Virus record (IMG/VR): IMGVR_UViG_3300010366_000015
Coordinates: 1 to 55,407 of that record
Source of the DNA: a virus
Taxonomy: Duplodnaviria; Caudoviricetes
Reading direction: 5' to 3' (one strand)
Length of the DNA: 55,407 nt
Shown: positions 9,532 to 18,125 of the stretch, piece after piece
How positions within the stretch are numbered: the stretch's first letter is position 1
Layout: every line of letters begins with the position of its first letter
The notes under the pieces: model-generated
Seen by the model: only the letters and a program-made list of their open reading frames with translations
What the model was told of the DNA's origin: nothing
Databases searched by the model: none
Position numbers and translations under genes: made by a program

Positions 9532-10179
9532 ATGGCAAGGAAGCCATCGAACGGTGATGCGTCTGCCGCTCCGAAGAAGCGTGGGCGCCCGCCAAAGGTC
9601 GCGGCTGCGCCAACGCAGTCCAACGGGCCGTCACAAGCGCAAGTCGCCGCAGCATTGGCGAACCTGACGCGTCTGGAGACTGAAGGGCGTCGGATCAATC
9701 AGGCCAAGGCAACGGAGTTCACCAATTTCGAGAAGATTGGTGGCGACAAGCGCGCGCTGAAGCTGCTGCACCGGAACATCATGCTGGACAAGCGCGAAGC
9801 CGAGTCCTTCATGGAAACGCTGGTCCGCTATCACACGGGTCAAGGGATCAACGTACGCTTTCAGGATGACGGCCAAGGCACCGTCATTGACCTATTGGAA
9901 ACGCCAGCAAAGACGCTGGAAGGCAACCGCGATCTCGCCGCTGCTAAGGCCCACAGCGACGGCTACAACTCGGGCCTCCACGGCGCCGTGCCGTCCGACA
10001 ATCCGTTCCGCCATGAGCCGGGCAGCGAGGCATACGTGCAGTGGCACAATGGCCGCGACGAAGGCCAGAATGACAGGCTGGCGAAGAACCCCGCTCTGTC
10101 GGCTCGCGTGACGGCCGCCAATATCTTTGACGATGAAATGCCGTACCCGGGATCGCCGGAGGTGTCCCCACCGGCATAA
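9532..10179 (+). CDS. AT-hook + GapR(DUF2312)-like + Rmf-like domain protein
   Basis: KKRGRPPK; LTRLETEGRRINQAK...GGDKRALK...Y; AHSDGYNSGLHG...NPF...W..G. Confidence 0.6.
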   Translation: MARKPSNGDASAAPKKRGRPPKVAAAPTQSNGPSQAQVAAALANLTRLETEGRRINQAKATEFTNFEKIGGDKRALKLLHRNIMLDKREAESFMETLVRYHTGQGINVRFQDDGQGTVIDLLETPAKTLEGNRDLAAAKAHSDGYNSGLHGAVPSDNPFRHEPGSEAYVQWHNGRDEGQNDRLAKNPALSARVTAANIFDDEMPYPGSPEVSPPA

Positions 10180-10190
10180 CGGCAACAGGC

Positions 10191-10598
10191 ATGTCCACCA
10201 CACGCCTCGTTATTCCCGGCCCACCGCGCGGCAAGGGCGTCGCGCGCGTCACACGGTTCGGCACCTTCATTCCCGCCGCATCCCGCGCCGAAATGGAAGC
10301 GGTGCGTTACATCGGCTCCGCAGCAATGCAAGGCCGCGCGCCGATCTCGGGGCCGATCGAACTCCGCATCGCGGCCTATCTCCCCATTCCCGTGTCGTGG
10401 TCTCGCCGTGATCGCGCGGCTGCGCTCGCCAATGAGCGCCCGGCGATCGTGAAGCCCGATGCGTCGAACATTCAAAAGCTCATCGAGGATGGCATGAACC
10501 ACGTCGTTTTCACGGACGATTCCCAAATCGTACGCTGGCAAGGCTGGAAGCTCTACGCGGCCGAACCTCGCGTTGTGGTCGAGGTGGTCGAACTATGA
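10191..10598 (+). CDS. rusA: RusA-family Holliday junction resolvase
   Basis: KPDASN..K...D......DD.QI. Confidence 0.9.
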   Translation: MSTTRLVIPGPPRGKGVARVTRFGTFIPAASRAEMEAVRYIGSAAMQGRAPISGPIELRIAAYLPIPVSWSRRDRAAALANERPAIVKPDASNIQKLIEDGMNHVVFTDDSQIVRWQGWKLYAAEPRVVVEVVEL

Positions 10599-10885
10599 AC
10601 TGTCCCCGCTGCCAATCGCCGGACATAGGCATCGCCGACTCGCGCCCGAAAGAGGGCAACGCGCGCTGGCGTCGGCGTCGCTGCGAACGCTGCGGCTTCC
10701 GCTGGTCAACGATTGAAATGGCCGCGATCCATACGCGCGCCTTCGCTGATCTCGGCGCGGCGATCAAGGACATGCAGAAGCGGCTCGCCGACGCGGAACG
10801 CCTGCTGGCGCTCCTGCCGGTACTGGTGACGCGCGACGATTGGGCTTTTGACGGGGAGGAAGCGGAGGATGTCAGCCACCAATGA
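10595..10885 (+). CDS. NrdR-like N-terminal Zn-ribbon protein without the ATP cone
   Basis: MNCPRC...DSR...RRRRCERCGFRWSTIE. Confidence 0.75.
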   Translation: MNCPRCQSPDIGIADSRPKEGNARWRRRRCERCGFRWSTIEMAAIHTRAFADLGAAIKDMQKRLADAERLLALLPVLVTRDDWAFDGEEAEDVSHQ

Positions 10886-12338
10886 CTCTTGGAATGCGCC
10901 GCCGCCTGCCAGCATCCAAGCGGAACAATCCCTGCTAGGGACGCTGCTCGCCAACAATCGGGCCTATGAACGCGTTTCCGATTTCCTGAAGGCGGAGCAT
11001 TTTCACGATCCGCTGCACGGCCGCATTTTCACGGCAATCGAGCAACGCATCATCGAGGGCAAACTTGCCGATGCGGTCACGCTAAAGGGCGATTTCGAAA
11101 ACTCCGGTATTTTAGACGATGTGGGCGGCACTAAATATCTCGTGCAACTGCTGTCTGCGATGGTGGGGATCATCAACGCTGGCGAGTACGGGCGGGCGAT
11201 CCACGATAGCTGGATCAGGCGCCAACTGATCGAAATCGGCAACGGCATCGTCTCCACGGCCTACGGCAACGGCGGCGAGGCTGACGGCCGCGCGCAGATC
11301 GAGGCGGCCGAACGGGCGCTCGGTGATCTCATCTGCACGGGGCGGCGTGATCGCGTAATGACGATCGGTGAAGCTGTCGCGGCGGCGATTGCGCAGGCCG
11401 AAGCGATCTACAAGGGCGGCCGGTCGCCGGGGCTGCTGACGGGCATGTACACGGTCGATCAGGCGCTCGGGGGCCTCTGGCCGGGGGATTTCGACTTGCT
11501 CGCTGGCATCCCCGGTGCGGGCAAGACGGCGCTCGCTGTCCAGATCGGCTATTCGTTGGCCCAACGTCTGTTTAACGCCGCGATTGCGACCGGCGCGACG
11601 GAAGACGAGGCGAAGCGCATTCCCGGCGTCGTGGTGTTCTCGCTGGAAATGTCAGCCGAAGAACTCGGCGCCCGCATTGCTGCGTATCGGGCCGGAATCA
11701 GTGTCGAGCAACTGCGCACGGGTCGGCTGTCCAACGAAATCGCGGTGAAGCTGCTGCACGCGCAGCAAGAGGCGGACAAGCTGCCGCTGCGGATCAGAGA
11801 TTGCCGCGCGCTGTCGCCGAAGCTGCTGGCCGCTCGCGTGCGGATGCACCTGATGCGCCAGCCGGAAATGCTCGTCATTGTCGATCATCTGCTGGTACTC
11901 GACTCTGACACGCCGAAATCGCGCAACGGGGCAGGCAATGATGTTGCCACGGTCGCAAAAGCGTCACGCGATCTTAAACAACTCGCGGGCGACACGGGGC
12001 TGCCGTTCCTGACGTTGACGCACGCCTCACGCGCGAGCGCCAAACGGGACAATCCGCGCCCGACAATGGGCGACGTTAAGTGGGCAGGCGAAGGCGACGC
12101 GGACTGCGTGGCGTTCATTCACAGGCCGATCATGTTCATGTCGAGCGATCCGCCACGACGCGGCGACAAGGAAGGCGAAGAAGCCTACGCCTCCCGGCTC
12201 AACCGCTGGCATGACGAACGCGACGCCTCGCAAGACTTGGCCGAACTGGTGGTCGCCAAGCGCCGGATGGGCGCAACGGGCGTGTGGCGGCTCCGGTTCA
12301 ATGGGCCAAGCACGTCGTTTGACGAGTGGGCGGCGTGA
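10869..12338 (+). CDS. dnaB: DnaB-like replicative helicase (divergent)
   Basis: AEQSLLG N-domain, Walker A AGIPGAGKT, FSLEMS, AKRRMG. Confidence 0.9.
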   Translation: MSATNDSWNAPPPASIQAEQSLLGTLLANNRAYERVSDFLKAEHFHDPLHGRIFTAIEQRIIEGKLADAVTLKGDFENSGILDDVGGTKYLVQLLSAMVGIINAGEYGRAIHDSWIRRQLIEIGNGIVSTAYGNGGEADGRAQIEAAERALGDLICTGRRDRVMTIGEAVAAAIAQAEAIYKGGRSPGLLTGMYTVDQALGGLWPGDFDLLAGIPGAGKTALAVQIGYSLAQRLFNAAIATGATEDEAKRIPGVVVFSLEMSAEELGARIAAYRAGISVEQLRTGRLSNEIAVKLLHAQQEADKLPLRIRDCRALSPKLLAARVRMHLMRQPEMLVIVDHLLVLDSDTPKSRNGAGNDVATVAKASRDLKQLAGDTGLPFLTLTHASRASAKRDNPRPTMGDVKWAGEGDADCVAFIHRPIMFMSSDPPRRGDKEGEEAYASRLNRWHDERDASQDLAELVVAKRRMGATGVWRLRFNGPSTSFDEWAA

Positions 12339-12598
12339 TTGCGGCGCAAACGCGCAAACGCGGGCGGCCCAAGGGGGGCAGCAGGCCGCCTTTGGTCGGG
12401 CCGGTGTCAGAGGACCATCCGGCTCTGGCGGCCGTCCTGACGCGTCCTGTGGCCATCGTGGGCGGCTCGTTTCGGACGTGCCAATTCATCGTCAAGGGAG
12501 GTCGGCCGCCGCAGTTCTGTGACGTGCCGGTGGCGGAGCGTGGCGAGCCGTACTGCGCCGATCATCGGCGCCTCTGCTGGATCAAGCCGCGATGGTGA
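12335..12598 (+). CDS. AT-hook + GcrA C-terminal domain protein
   Basis: RKRGRPK; TCQFI...FCD...PYCADH. Confidence 0.7.
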   Translation: MIAAQTRKRGRPKGGSRPPLVGPVSEDHPALAAVLTRPVAIVGGSFRTCQFIVKGGRPPQFCDVPVAERGEPYCADHRRLCWIKPRW

Positions 12599-12996
12599 TG
12601 AGCAAGACGTTGCGCCGGGTGGTTGGCGGGCGTGATCCCCGCTACCCGTGCAAGCGCACGCTGTCGGTGATCTTTGACGACGAAACCTTTTGGGAGGTCG
12701 TGGCGCGGGCTGAACGCGAGGGCACCAGCGCGAGTGAGCAAGTCCGGCTGTTGGTGACATGGGGGCTGGAAGCGGCGACGGCGGCTGTACCTAGGGCAAG
12801 AATACAACCGCCGTCTCTATCCCCGGCCAACGTGGGGGAAGGCCGGGAACCTTTGGCACGTCCACCGCGACGCGCCTTTACCCGAGACTCGGATTTTACC
12901 GCAAGCCCGGAGAACGGAGCAACCGCAAATGGCCACGCCACGGAGGTCAGGGCGCCGGACGCAAATCGGGGCGGAGTGGGGGCCGTCGATGGATGA
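12592..12996 (+). CDS. Putative ribbon-helix-helix protein
   Basis: RTLSVIFDDETF...AEREGTSASEQVRLLV. Confidence 0.55.
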   Translation: MVMSKTLRRVVGGRDPRYPCKRTLSVIFDDETFWEVVARAEREGTSASEQVRLLVTWGLEAATAAVPRARIQPPSLSPANVGEGREPLARPPRRAFTRDSDFTASPENGATANGHATEVRAPDANRGGVGAVDG

Positions 12997-13492
12997 TCGC
13001 GAGTATGCGTGGTCGGTGGGCGTCGATCCCAAGCAGATCGCCGACGCGTTCAAGGACTACCATTTGGCGCACGGCTCCCTGATGGCGGACTGGCACGCGG
13101 CGTGGCGTACGTGGGTCCGCAACTCGATCAAGTTCAGCAAGGCTCCCGGCCAGCGCAATCTGCCTCTGGTCGCCATCATGCAAACGCCCGATCCGGCTGA
13201 TCCCTACGGGGCCAAGGCGTGGGCCTCCAAGCTCGCCGACGCGCGGCCGGACAAGATGCCTGACGGCTCGGTGGCGATGTGCGTCGGGGGCTATGACGCG
13301 GCGGGCGTGGCGGTCGATGTCTGCCGGGCTGCGGGGCTGCCGCCGGACTGGCGCGGTGATCTCGGGCCGATCGCGGACTGGCTGCGGGCTGGCGTCGATC
13401 CTGACCATATCGTGCAGGTCATCCGGTCGTCACGGCCTCCGCGCCAGCCGGGCGCGTGGTACTACTACGACGCTAAGGTGCGGGCGGCGTGA
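12929..13492 (+). CDS. Phage replication-initiator C-terminal-like protein
   Basis: EWGPS...FKDYH...DWHAAWRTWVRN motif typical of phage replisome organisers. Confidence 0.6.
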   Translation: MATPRRSGRRTQIGAEWGPSMDDREYAWSVGVDPKQIADAFKDYHLAHGSLMADWHAAWRTWVRNSIKFSKAPGQRNLPLVAIMQTPDPADPYGAKAWASKLADARPDKMPDGSVAMCVGGYDAAGVAVDVCRAAGLPPDWRGDLGPIADWLRAGVDPDHIVQVIRSSRPPRQPGAWYYYDAKVRAA

Positions 13493-13664
13493 TCTCGCCT
13501 TCCATCATCCGCAGCACGGTGGCCAAAGCGCGCAAGGCATCGGCGCCTTTCGGCTGCCCATCTTCTTCGGCGCCAGATGCCATCATTTCCGCCGCAGTCG
13601 CGGCAACGCCAAGGCCAAGGCGATACGCGCGAACGAATATGTCGTGCCTGTCGTTTGTCACCAT
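13473..13664 (-). CDS. Small helical protein, paralog of 3339..3530, antisense within the rightward operon
   Basis: GGGGAG SD; clear similarity to 3339..3530. Confidence 0.6.
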   Translation of the reverse strand: MVTNDRHDIFVRAYRLGLGVAATAAEMMASGAEEDGQPKGADALRALATVLRMMEGEITPPAP

Positions 13665-13679
13665 GGGCGTGCTCCCCGC

Positions 13680-13898
13680 ATGATCGTTGACGATAGCGAC
13701 AAGGGGCGTCGATGCAACGCTTGCGGGGGCGCAGTGTTTGCGATCCGCATCGGGCGCGATGAGGTCCGAATCTTCGAAGATATGCTGGTCGTTCGCGGGG
13801 CGGCCGATCAGCATTGGTGCCTAACCTGTTGGGAGAGTCGATTTGGTAGCAACGAACAACGAAGGTCATCCGCTGATGCAGCGCCAAGAGCGCCGTGA
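13680..13898 (+). CDS. Small CxxC...CxxC protein
   Basis: CNAC...CLTC. Confidence 0.5.
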   Translation: MIVDDSDKGRRCNACGGAVFAIRIGRDEVRIFEDMLVVRGAADQHWCLTCWESRFGSNEQRRSSADAAPRAP

Positions 13899-14478
13899 CG
13901 AAGTGCGGCGGTGCTTGCAGATCATCGGCTGGTCACAGATGCAGTATGCCGATCGCATCGGCCTCAAAATCGCCGGGGTCGCGCAAATCATGCACTGCAA
14001 GGTCGATGTGGCCGACAGCGATATTCGCTGGTTGCAGCGCCTCGCCGAAGCGGTCGCCTCGATACCTCGCCCGGCGATTGCCAACGATCCAGATACGCCG
14101 GAGGTCGCAAGGCTGGCAGCGCCGATCGGGGCGGCGGTGACAATCCACGCAACGGAGGGCGAGCTTAACGCGGTTGCAGCGAAAACGAGGGACGTAGCAT
14201 TGGAAGAGACAGCGCGCGCTATCGCGGAGGTCTATCGCTGGTCGGGGTCAACCGGCGAGGTCAGTGAACATGAACTGGCGGGCGCCAAATGGGCGTTGGC
14301 CAAGGTCGCCGAGTCACTCGGGATTGTCGATCGGGTCCGCGTGCTGATCCGGCAAGTCCCGATGCAGCAAGTCGAGCCGGAGCCGATACCGGGCGAGTCG
14401 ATGGTTCATACGTGGACGCCACCGCTACCGGAGCCAGCGCCAGCCCGCGAAGCTGTCTCGCGCGAACCGTTCGCCTGA
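13876..14478 (+). CDS. XRE-like HTH protein
   Basis: IGWSQMQYADRIGL N-terminal HTH. Confidence 0.6.
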   Translation: MQRQERRDEVRRCLQIIGWSQMQYADRIGLKIAGVAQIMHCKVDVADSDIRWLQRLAEAVASIPRPAIANDPDTPEVARLAAPIGAAVTIHATEGELNAVAAKTRDVALEETARAIAEVYRWSGSTGEVSEHELAGAKWALAKVAESLGIVDRVRVLIRQVPMQQVEPEPIPGESMVHTWTPPLPEPAPAREAVSREPFA

Positions 14479-14480
14479 AC

Positions 14481-14515
14481 GAGAAAGGGCGGCTCGCCTG
14501 CCAGCGAAGCCGCCC
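14481..14515 (-). terminator. Terminator-like hairpin closing the leftward early operon
   Basis: GGGCGGC...GCCGCCC followed by TTTC on the minus strand, between convergent units. Confidence 0.55.
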
Positions 14516-14587
14516 TCCAACCTCACAACAAGGAAAGACCCATGACTCCCGAAGTGCGCGAAGTCTATCGGGTCACGCTGCCGGATG

Positions 14588-14827
14588 TCACCCTATTTTG
14601 TGGGCCTCGATCTCGGCTCGGGTGGCGATCAGCGCGGACCAGAGGCGGCCACGCTGTTGCAGGATGCCATGACGCTCGCCGTCGCGGCTCCGCCATAGCT
14701 TGCCATCCTTGGTCGCCATGCCGTTGTTTTCCATCCACCTCCGGGCGGCGGTGCGGCTGGCATTGGACAGGATCAGCGGGCGATCGGCCATCATACGACG
14801 CTCCCGCACCACGCGGTACAGGGTCAT
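14588..14827 (-). CDS. Hypothetical early protein
   Basis: ATGA-coupled to the upstream ORF. Confidence 0.6.
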   Translation of the reverse strand: MTLYRVVRERRMMADRPLILSNASRTAARRWMENNGMATKDGKLWRSRDGERHGILQQRGRLWSALIATRAEIEAHKIG

Positions 14828-15138
14828 CGGGGCGGCTCCAACCCGGCCATGACGAACGGCTCGCTGCCTTCGAGGTCCCAACAGCCGCCAACGGTCACGA
14901 TTGCCGATCCATCGGCGAACACGAAGCGGGTGAAGCTGTTCGCGGTCGCCTCGCTGCGGGATATGGGCCGGATGTGATACTCGGTCTGGTACGCGCCGGG
15001 ATCGTCGGGCACGCTGTCGGCGTACTCGGCGATGCCGCCACGCTGCTGGCAGAGGTCTTCCAGCCATATGCCGTCAAGGGTCTGCCAGTGGGTGCCATCG
15101 TCGCCTAGCAGCGACGAAATCTCGGTTGCGGTAGTCAT
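14824..15138 (-). CDS. Hypothetical early protein (acidic)
   Basis: CTAGGGCA leader directly before the ATG. Confidence 0.7.
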   Translation of the reverse strand: MTTATEISSLLGDDGTHWQTLDGIWLEDLCQQRGGIAEYADSVPDDPGAYQTEYHIRPISRSEATANSFTRFVFADGSAIVTVGGCWDLEGSEPFVMAGLEPPR

Positions 15139-15165
15139 TGCCCTAGTCTCCGGTTGGTGGGTTAG

Positions 15166-15197
15166 GTCATATCACGGAAAGTATATAGCTCGCTACA
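15166..15197 (-). promoter_or_regulatory. Early promoter/operator repeat, copy 1
   Basis: TGTAG-CGAG-CTATA-N6-CCGTGATATGAC. Confidence 0.6.
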
Positions 15198-15447
15198 GGG
15201 ATTTCCGCCGTTTGCGTTTGGGTGGCTCGGTGTCAACCGGGGGCGGGTCAAGCCGCTCCCGAAGCGCCTTGTTCTCTTTCCAAGCCGCCATGAGGATCGG
15301 CACCCAATACGGGATACCGGCCGTGACGCCCCATTGGTAGACGGCTTGGCCGCTGACGTTCAGCGCCGTGGCCATCTTCCCCTTGGTGATCCCCAAAGCG
15401 CGGAGGTCGGCGACAAACCGCGCGTGTGTGTATTCAGCCATCGCCAT
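15193..15447 (-). CDS. Cro/XRE-like HTH regulator
   Basis: LGITKGKMATALNVSGQAVYQW; TAGGGCAA leader. Confidence 0.7.
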   Translation of the reverse strand: MAMAEYTHARFVADLRALGITKGKMATALNVSGQAVYQWGVTAGIPYWVPILMAAWKENKALRERLDPPPVDTEPPKRKRRKSL

Positions 15448-15499
15448 TTTGCCCTAGCTGGTCGAAACGGCCGGATTTCAGCCCGGCCGGTCGATTCGG

Positions 15500-15721
15500 T
15501 TATAGCCAATCTTCGAAACGGAAGTCGTCGCGTTTGGGATGCGGATTGCTGCCCGACGAACGGCGCTGATCCACGTACCGGAGAAATGGGCAAACGATCC
15601 ATTCCGATCCGGGCCAACGGCGCCGATACTCATCCCGATACCAAAGCGCGTCGCTGCGCTGATCCTGCGTCAGCGCCAGCCATACCCTGCCGTCATCGTG
15701 GCGGCCAATGAGTGCAAACAT
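15500..15721 (-). CDS. Hypothetical early protein
   Basis: TGATG-coupled. Confidence 0.6.
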   Translation of the reverse strand: MFALIGRHDDGRVWLALTQDQRSDALWYRDEYRRRWPGSEWIVCPFLRYVDQRRSSGSNPHPKRDDFRFEDWL

Positions 15722-15915
15722 CAGTCTTGCCGGTTGATCGCCAGCCGATAGCGGCCGACATCGTTGCCGTTGATGTCGCGGATCGTCTGGTAAAAGTCCG
15801 CATCGGCGAGGTCGAGCCGATCGGCGATAGTCCGCAGAATGCGCGCGATCTCGCCTGTCATGTCATCCGCGAACGCGGCATTGTCGCACGTCATCTGAAC
15901 CGTGAATCTGGCCAT
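15721..15915 (-). CDS. Small phage early protein
   Basis: DNAAF...EIARILR..A....I.D.NGN.VG recurrent phage motif; TAGGGCAA leader. Confidence 0.75.
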   Translation of the reverse strand: MARFTVQMTCDNAAFADDMTGEIARILRTIADRLDLADADFYQTIRDINGNDVGRYRLAINRQD

Positions 15916-15937
15916 GGTCTCTTGCCCTAGTGATGCA

Positions 15938-16003
15938 AGCTGGCATCGTCAGCCACCGGGAACAACCCCGGCAGGAGAGGCGGCCGAAGCCGCCCCTTTC
16001 GCC
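15938..16003 (-). ncRNA. Type II hammerhead ribozyme HH1 (CUC; cleavage predicted between 15975 and 15974)
   Basis: GGC GAAA GGGGCGGC-UUCG-GCCGCCUC UC^ CUGCCGGG-GUUGUU-CCCGGUGG CUGACGA U GCC AGC. Confidence 0.9.
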
Positions 16004-16059
16004 TAGCATCCGAAATGGTAATCGAGCCACCGGAGCAACCGGCGGAGCGTCGCGCGCAC
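16003..16059 (-). CDS. 18-aa micro-ORF MRATLRRLLRWLDYHFGC
   Basis: GGGAGG SD and GTG start; its TAG overlaps HH1 stem II, as stop codons do at the other ribozymes. Confidence 0.5.
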   Translation of the reverse strand: MRATLRRLLRWLDYHFGC

Positions 16060-16060
16060 G

Positions 16061-16432
16061 TCAGCCTCCCGTCACCGCGTAGACGCGGCACGGCACGGTG
16101 AAGTCAACGCCACGGTGGGCGCCGCTGAAACCGTGGTGAAAGAACCAGCACCAACCGTCGCGCGTCTCGCCAGTGTCAACGATGCGCTCGATCGGTATCG
16201 CCGGATCAAGCCCGCCCGACATCGACATGCCGGAACCGAAGAAATAGAACGATCCGCCGCCCTTGCTGGTCGGCTGGATTGAGTCGCCCCAATGGTGCGC
16301 GAACCGGCGCAACTCCCCATTGGCCAACCGCACAAAGTCGCCGACGCGTGGCCCGCTGCGGGCTTGCCACTCGATCAGCCGCTCGGCGCGTATCGCCGCA
16401 TCGCGTTCGTCAAATTCAAAGCGTTTGCACAT
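16061..16432 (-). CDS. Hypothetical protein of a type seen in mobile-element early/leading regions
   Basis: GPRVGDFV...GSF...SGGL...TGE...WFFHH...GV.F...CRVY; TAGGGCA leader. Confidence 0.75.
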   Translation of the reverse strand: MCKRFEFDERDAAIRAERLIEWQARSGPRVGDFVRLANGELRRFAHHWGDSIQPTSKGGGSFYFFGSGMSMSGGLDPAIPIERIVDTGETRDGWCWFFHHGFSGAHRGVDFTVPCRVYAVTGG

Positions 16433-16436
16433 TGCC

Positions 16437-16679
16437 CTAGTCCTCGATCTCGATTTCGTACCGCGTGCCGCCGTCGGTCAGCCGCAAGCCGGGCCGCGTG
16501 CGCGCGCCAGTGCCAACCGGGCCGCCCAATACCTCGCCTTTCATCACGGGCGGCTTGCCAAGGTGAATCTCCCCCTCTGCGAGTTTGCGAGTCACGTCGG
16601 CCGCGTCGTAGCCGTACGGCTTGAAGTACCGGCACGCCGCAGCGAGGTTGACGAAATAGCTAGTCCCGATCCGTGTCAT
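16437..16679 (-). CDS. Hypothetical early protein
   Basis: TAGGGCA leader; its own stop is the TAG of the next leader motif. Confidence 0.7.
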   Translation of the reverse strand: MTRIGTSYFVNLAAACRYFKPYGYDAADVTRKLAEGEIHLGKPPVMKGEVLGGPVGTGARTRPGLRLTDGGTRYEIEIED

Positions 16680-16699
16680 TGCCCTATCTCCGATGCGAT

Positions 16700-16770
16700 T
16701 GGCTGGCATCATCAGGCGACGGAAACCACTCCGCCGCGACAACGGGCGCCGAAGCGCCCGCCGTTTCGCC
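16700..16770 (-). ncRNA. Type II hammerhead ribozyme HH2 (GUC; cleavage predicted between 16738 and 16737)
   Basis: GGC GAAA CGGCGGGCGC-UUCG-GCGCCCGUUG UC^ GCGGCGGA-GUGGUU-UCCGUCGC CUGAUGA U GCC AGCCA. Confidence 0.93.
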
Positions 16771-17310
16771 TTACGCTGCAACCACCTCCCGAAGATTGCG
16801 GACCACGCGGCGGGCGTCCCATGCCTCGCGGACCATCTTCCGGTATTCCTCGCGATAGTTCCGCCGGAACGTTCTCGACTGGTGCGCGATAGCGTGGCGC
16901 GTCGCGCGTTCGTGCATTTCAGCCGACATCAGCATTGCGCGCGCCCGCCGGATCGGATCGGGCGCCGACTCCGTGCCGACGATAACGCCATCCGGCAACG
17001 CGCCCGCTGGCCAGTACTGCCCGGCTGGCAGCCTCGCATCGGGGCGGCATTTGATCCTAGTACCGCGTGCCGTCGTAAAGCTGCGCAGCTTGCTCGGAAT
17101 GGCGCACCAAAACGACGCGCCCGCCACCAAATGCCAGTTTTCCCCGACATCGGCCGCCACGGCTCGGCACGCCACCACGCGAGCGTCAAAAAACTCTTCC
17201 GCTGTCATAGCCGCCACCTTGGCAGCTTTGGCGCGCGGCTTTCGGATTGTCTGGCCGCAGCATGGGCAAACGCCCGTAGCGGCCGTGATGATTGGAGTGA
17301 TCGCGTTCAT
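16771..17310 (-). CDS. Hypothetical early protein (N-terminal CPCCG)
   Basis: TAGGGCAA leader; TAA stop abuts HH2. Confidence 0.7.
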   Translation of the reverse strand: MNAITPIITAATGVCPCCGQTIRKPRAKAAKVAAMTAEEFFDARVVACRAVAADVGENWHLVAGASFWCAIPSKLRSFTTARGTRIKCRPDARLPAGQYWPAGALPDGVIVGTESAPDPIRRARAMLMSAEMHERATRHAIAHQSRTFRRNYREEYRKMVREAWDARRVVRNLREVVAA

Positions 17311-17335
17311 TTTGCCCTATCAGTCTCGATTGCAT

Positions 17336-17408
17336 TGGCTGGCATCGTCAGACCACGGGAACCGCCCCGTGATGACAGCGGGCGCCGATCCGCGCCCGCC
17401 GTTTCGCC
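17336..17408 (-). ncRNA. Type II hammerhead ribozyme HH3 (GUC; cleavage predicted between 17374 and 17373)
   Basis: GGC GAAA CGGCGGGCGC-GGAUCG-GCGCCCGCUG UC^ AUCACGGG-GCGGUU-CCCGUGGU CUGACGA U GCC AGCCA. Confidence 0.93.
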
Positions 17409-17626
17409 TATCTGCGAGTGAGTTTGCGCCGCATCGCCTTATCGCTTTCGGACTGCGCCAGCCGGTACGCCCGCGCCATCATTTCGATCTCGCTGAACGC
17501 GAAGATCAGACGAAACCCGCCGTCGGCTCCGTTCACGTCGAACGTGAGGCTGTAGTCATCGGCGCCCGCAACCTGCAACGTCGCAGCTTGCGCGATCATT
17601 TCACCATTGGCTCGCTTGATAATCAT
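17408..17626 (-). CDS. Hypothetical early protein
   Basis: TAGGGCAA leader; TAG overlaps HH3. Confidence 0.65.
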   Translation of the reverse strand: MIIKRANGEMIAQAATLQVAGADDYSLTFDVNGADGGFRLIFAFSEIEMMARAYRLAQSESDKAMRRKLTRR

Positions 17627-17658
17627 GGGAATTGCCCTAGTCAGTTTGTAACGGCCGC

Positions 17659-17689
17659 AGAATACCACGGCCGTTTATAGGTTGCTACA
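17659..17689 (-). promoter_or_regulatory. Early promoter/operator repeat, copy 2
   Basis: TGTAG-CAAC-CTATA-N5-CCGTGGTATTCT (extended -10 TGnTATTCT). Confidence 0.65.
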
Positions 17690-17692
17690 GGA

Positions 17693-18097
17693 TTATGCGG
17701 CCGCCCGTTTGGTGCGCTCGCGACGTGCGCCAAGGTTGGCGTAGCATCGCGCCCGCCACTCCGCCGCGTAGCCGCCGATCTCTTCCACGGGCGAAAGCAT
17801 GGCAAGGATGCCAGCCGGGCAATGGGACTCGTATGGTCCCATATCCTCGCTCATTTCCTTCCAGCCAAAGCCGCCACGTCGCGATGTCAGCACGACAACG
17901 CCTAGCACGTAGTCCTTGCCCGGTCGCACGATGCGAGCCGCTGCGTACCACGTCGAACCGACAAACGCGGCTTTGAGGATCAAGCACGCGTGCCGATCGC
18001 CATTGGCGTCTAGTTTGTCGTGCTGAAACTCTTTCCGCAGAAAAGAGTCCGGTGTCTCGCCATACGCGAGACTGTCAATCGTAGTCCAACCACCCAT
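17693..18097 (-). CDS. DUF6927-like protein (plasmid/ICE-type hypothetical)
   Basis: FGWKEMSEDMGPYESHCP..IL..LSP...A.EWRARC. Confidence 0.65.
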   Translation of the reverse strand: MGGWTTIDSLAYGETPDSFLRKEFQHDKLDANGDRHACLILKAAFVGSTWYAAARIVRPGKDYVLGVVVLTSRRGGFGWKEMSEDMGPYESHCPAGILAMLSPVEEIGGYAAEWRARCYANLGARRERTKRAAA

Positions 18098-18125
18098 TGC
18101 CCTAGTCCTATTCCAAGTCTCGATT

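Noticed and set aside
13489-13683. Plus-strand ORF MISPSIIRST
   Set aside because: It is the shadow of the minus-strand gene 13473..13664, which has an SD sequence and a paralog.
15461-15511. Possible sixth hammerhead on the plus strand (GAAAC-GGCCGG...CCGGCCG-GTC)
   Set aside because: No CUGANGA follows, an extra G breaks the A-U core pair, and it is antisense to the genes; best read as a plain hairpin before the HTH gene.
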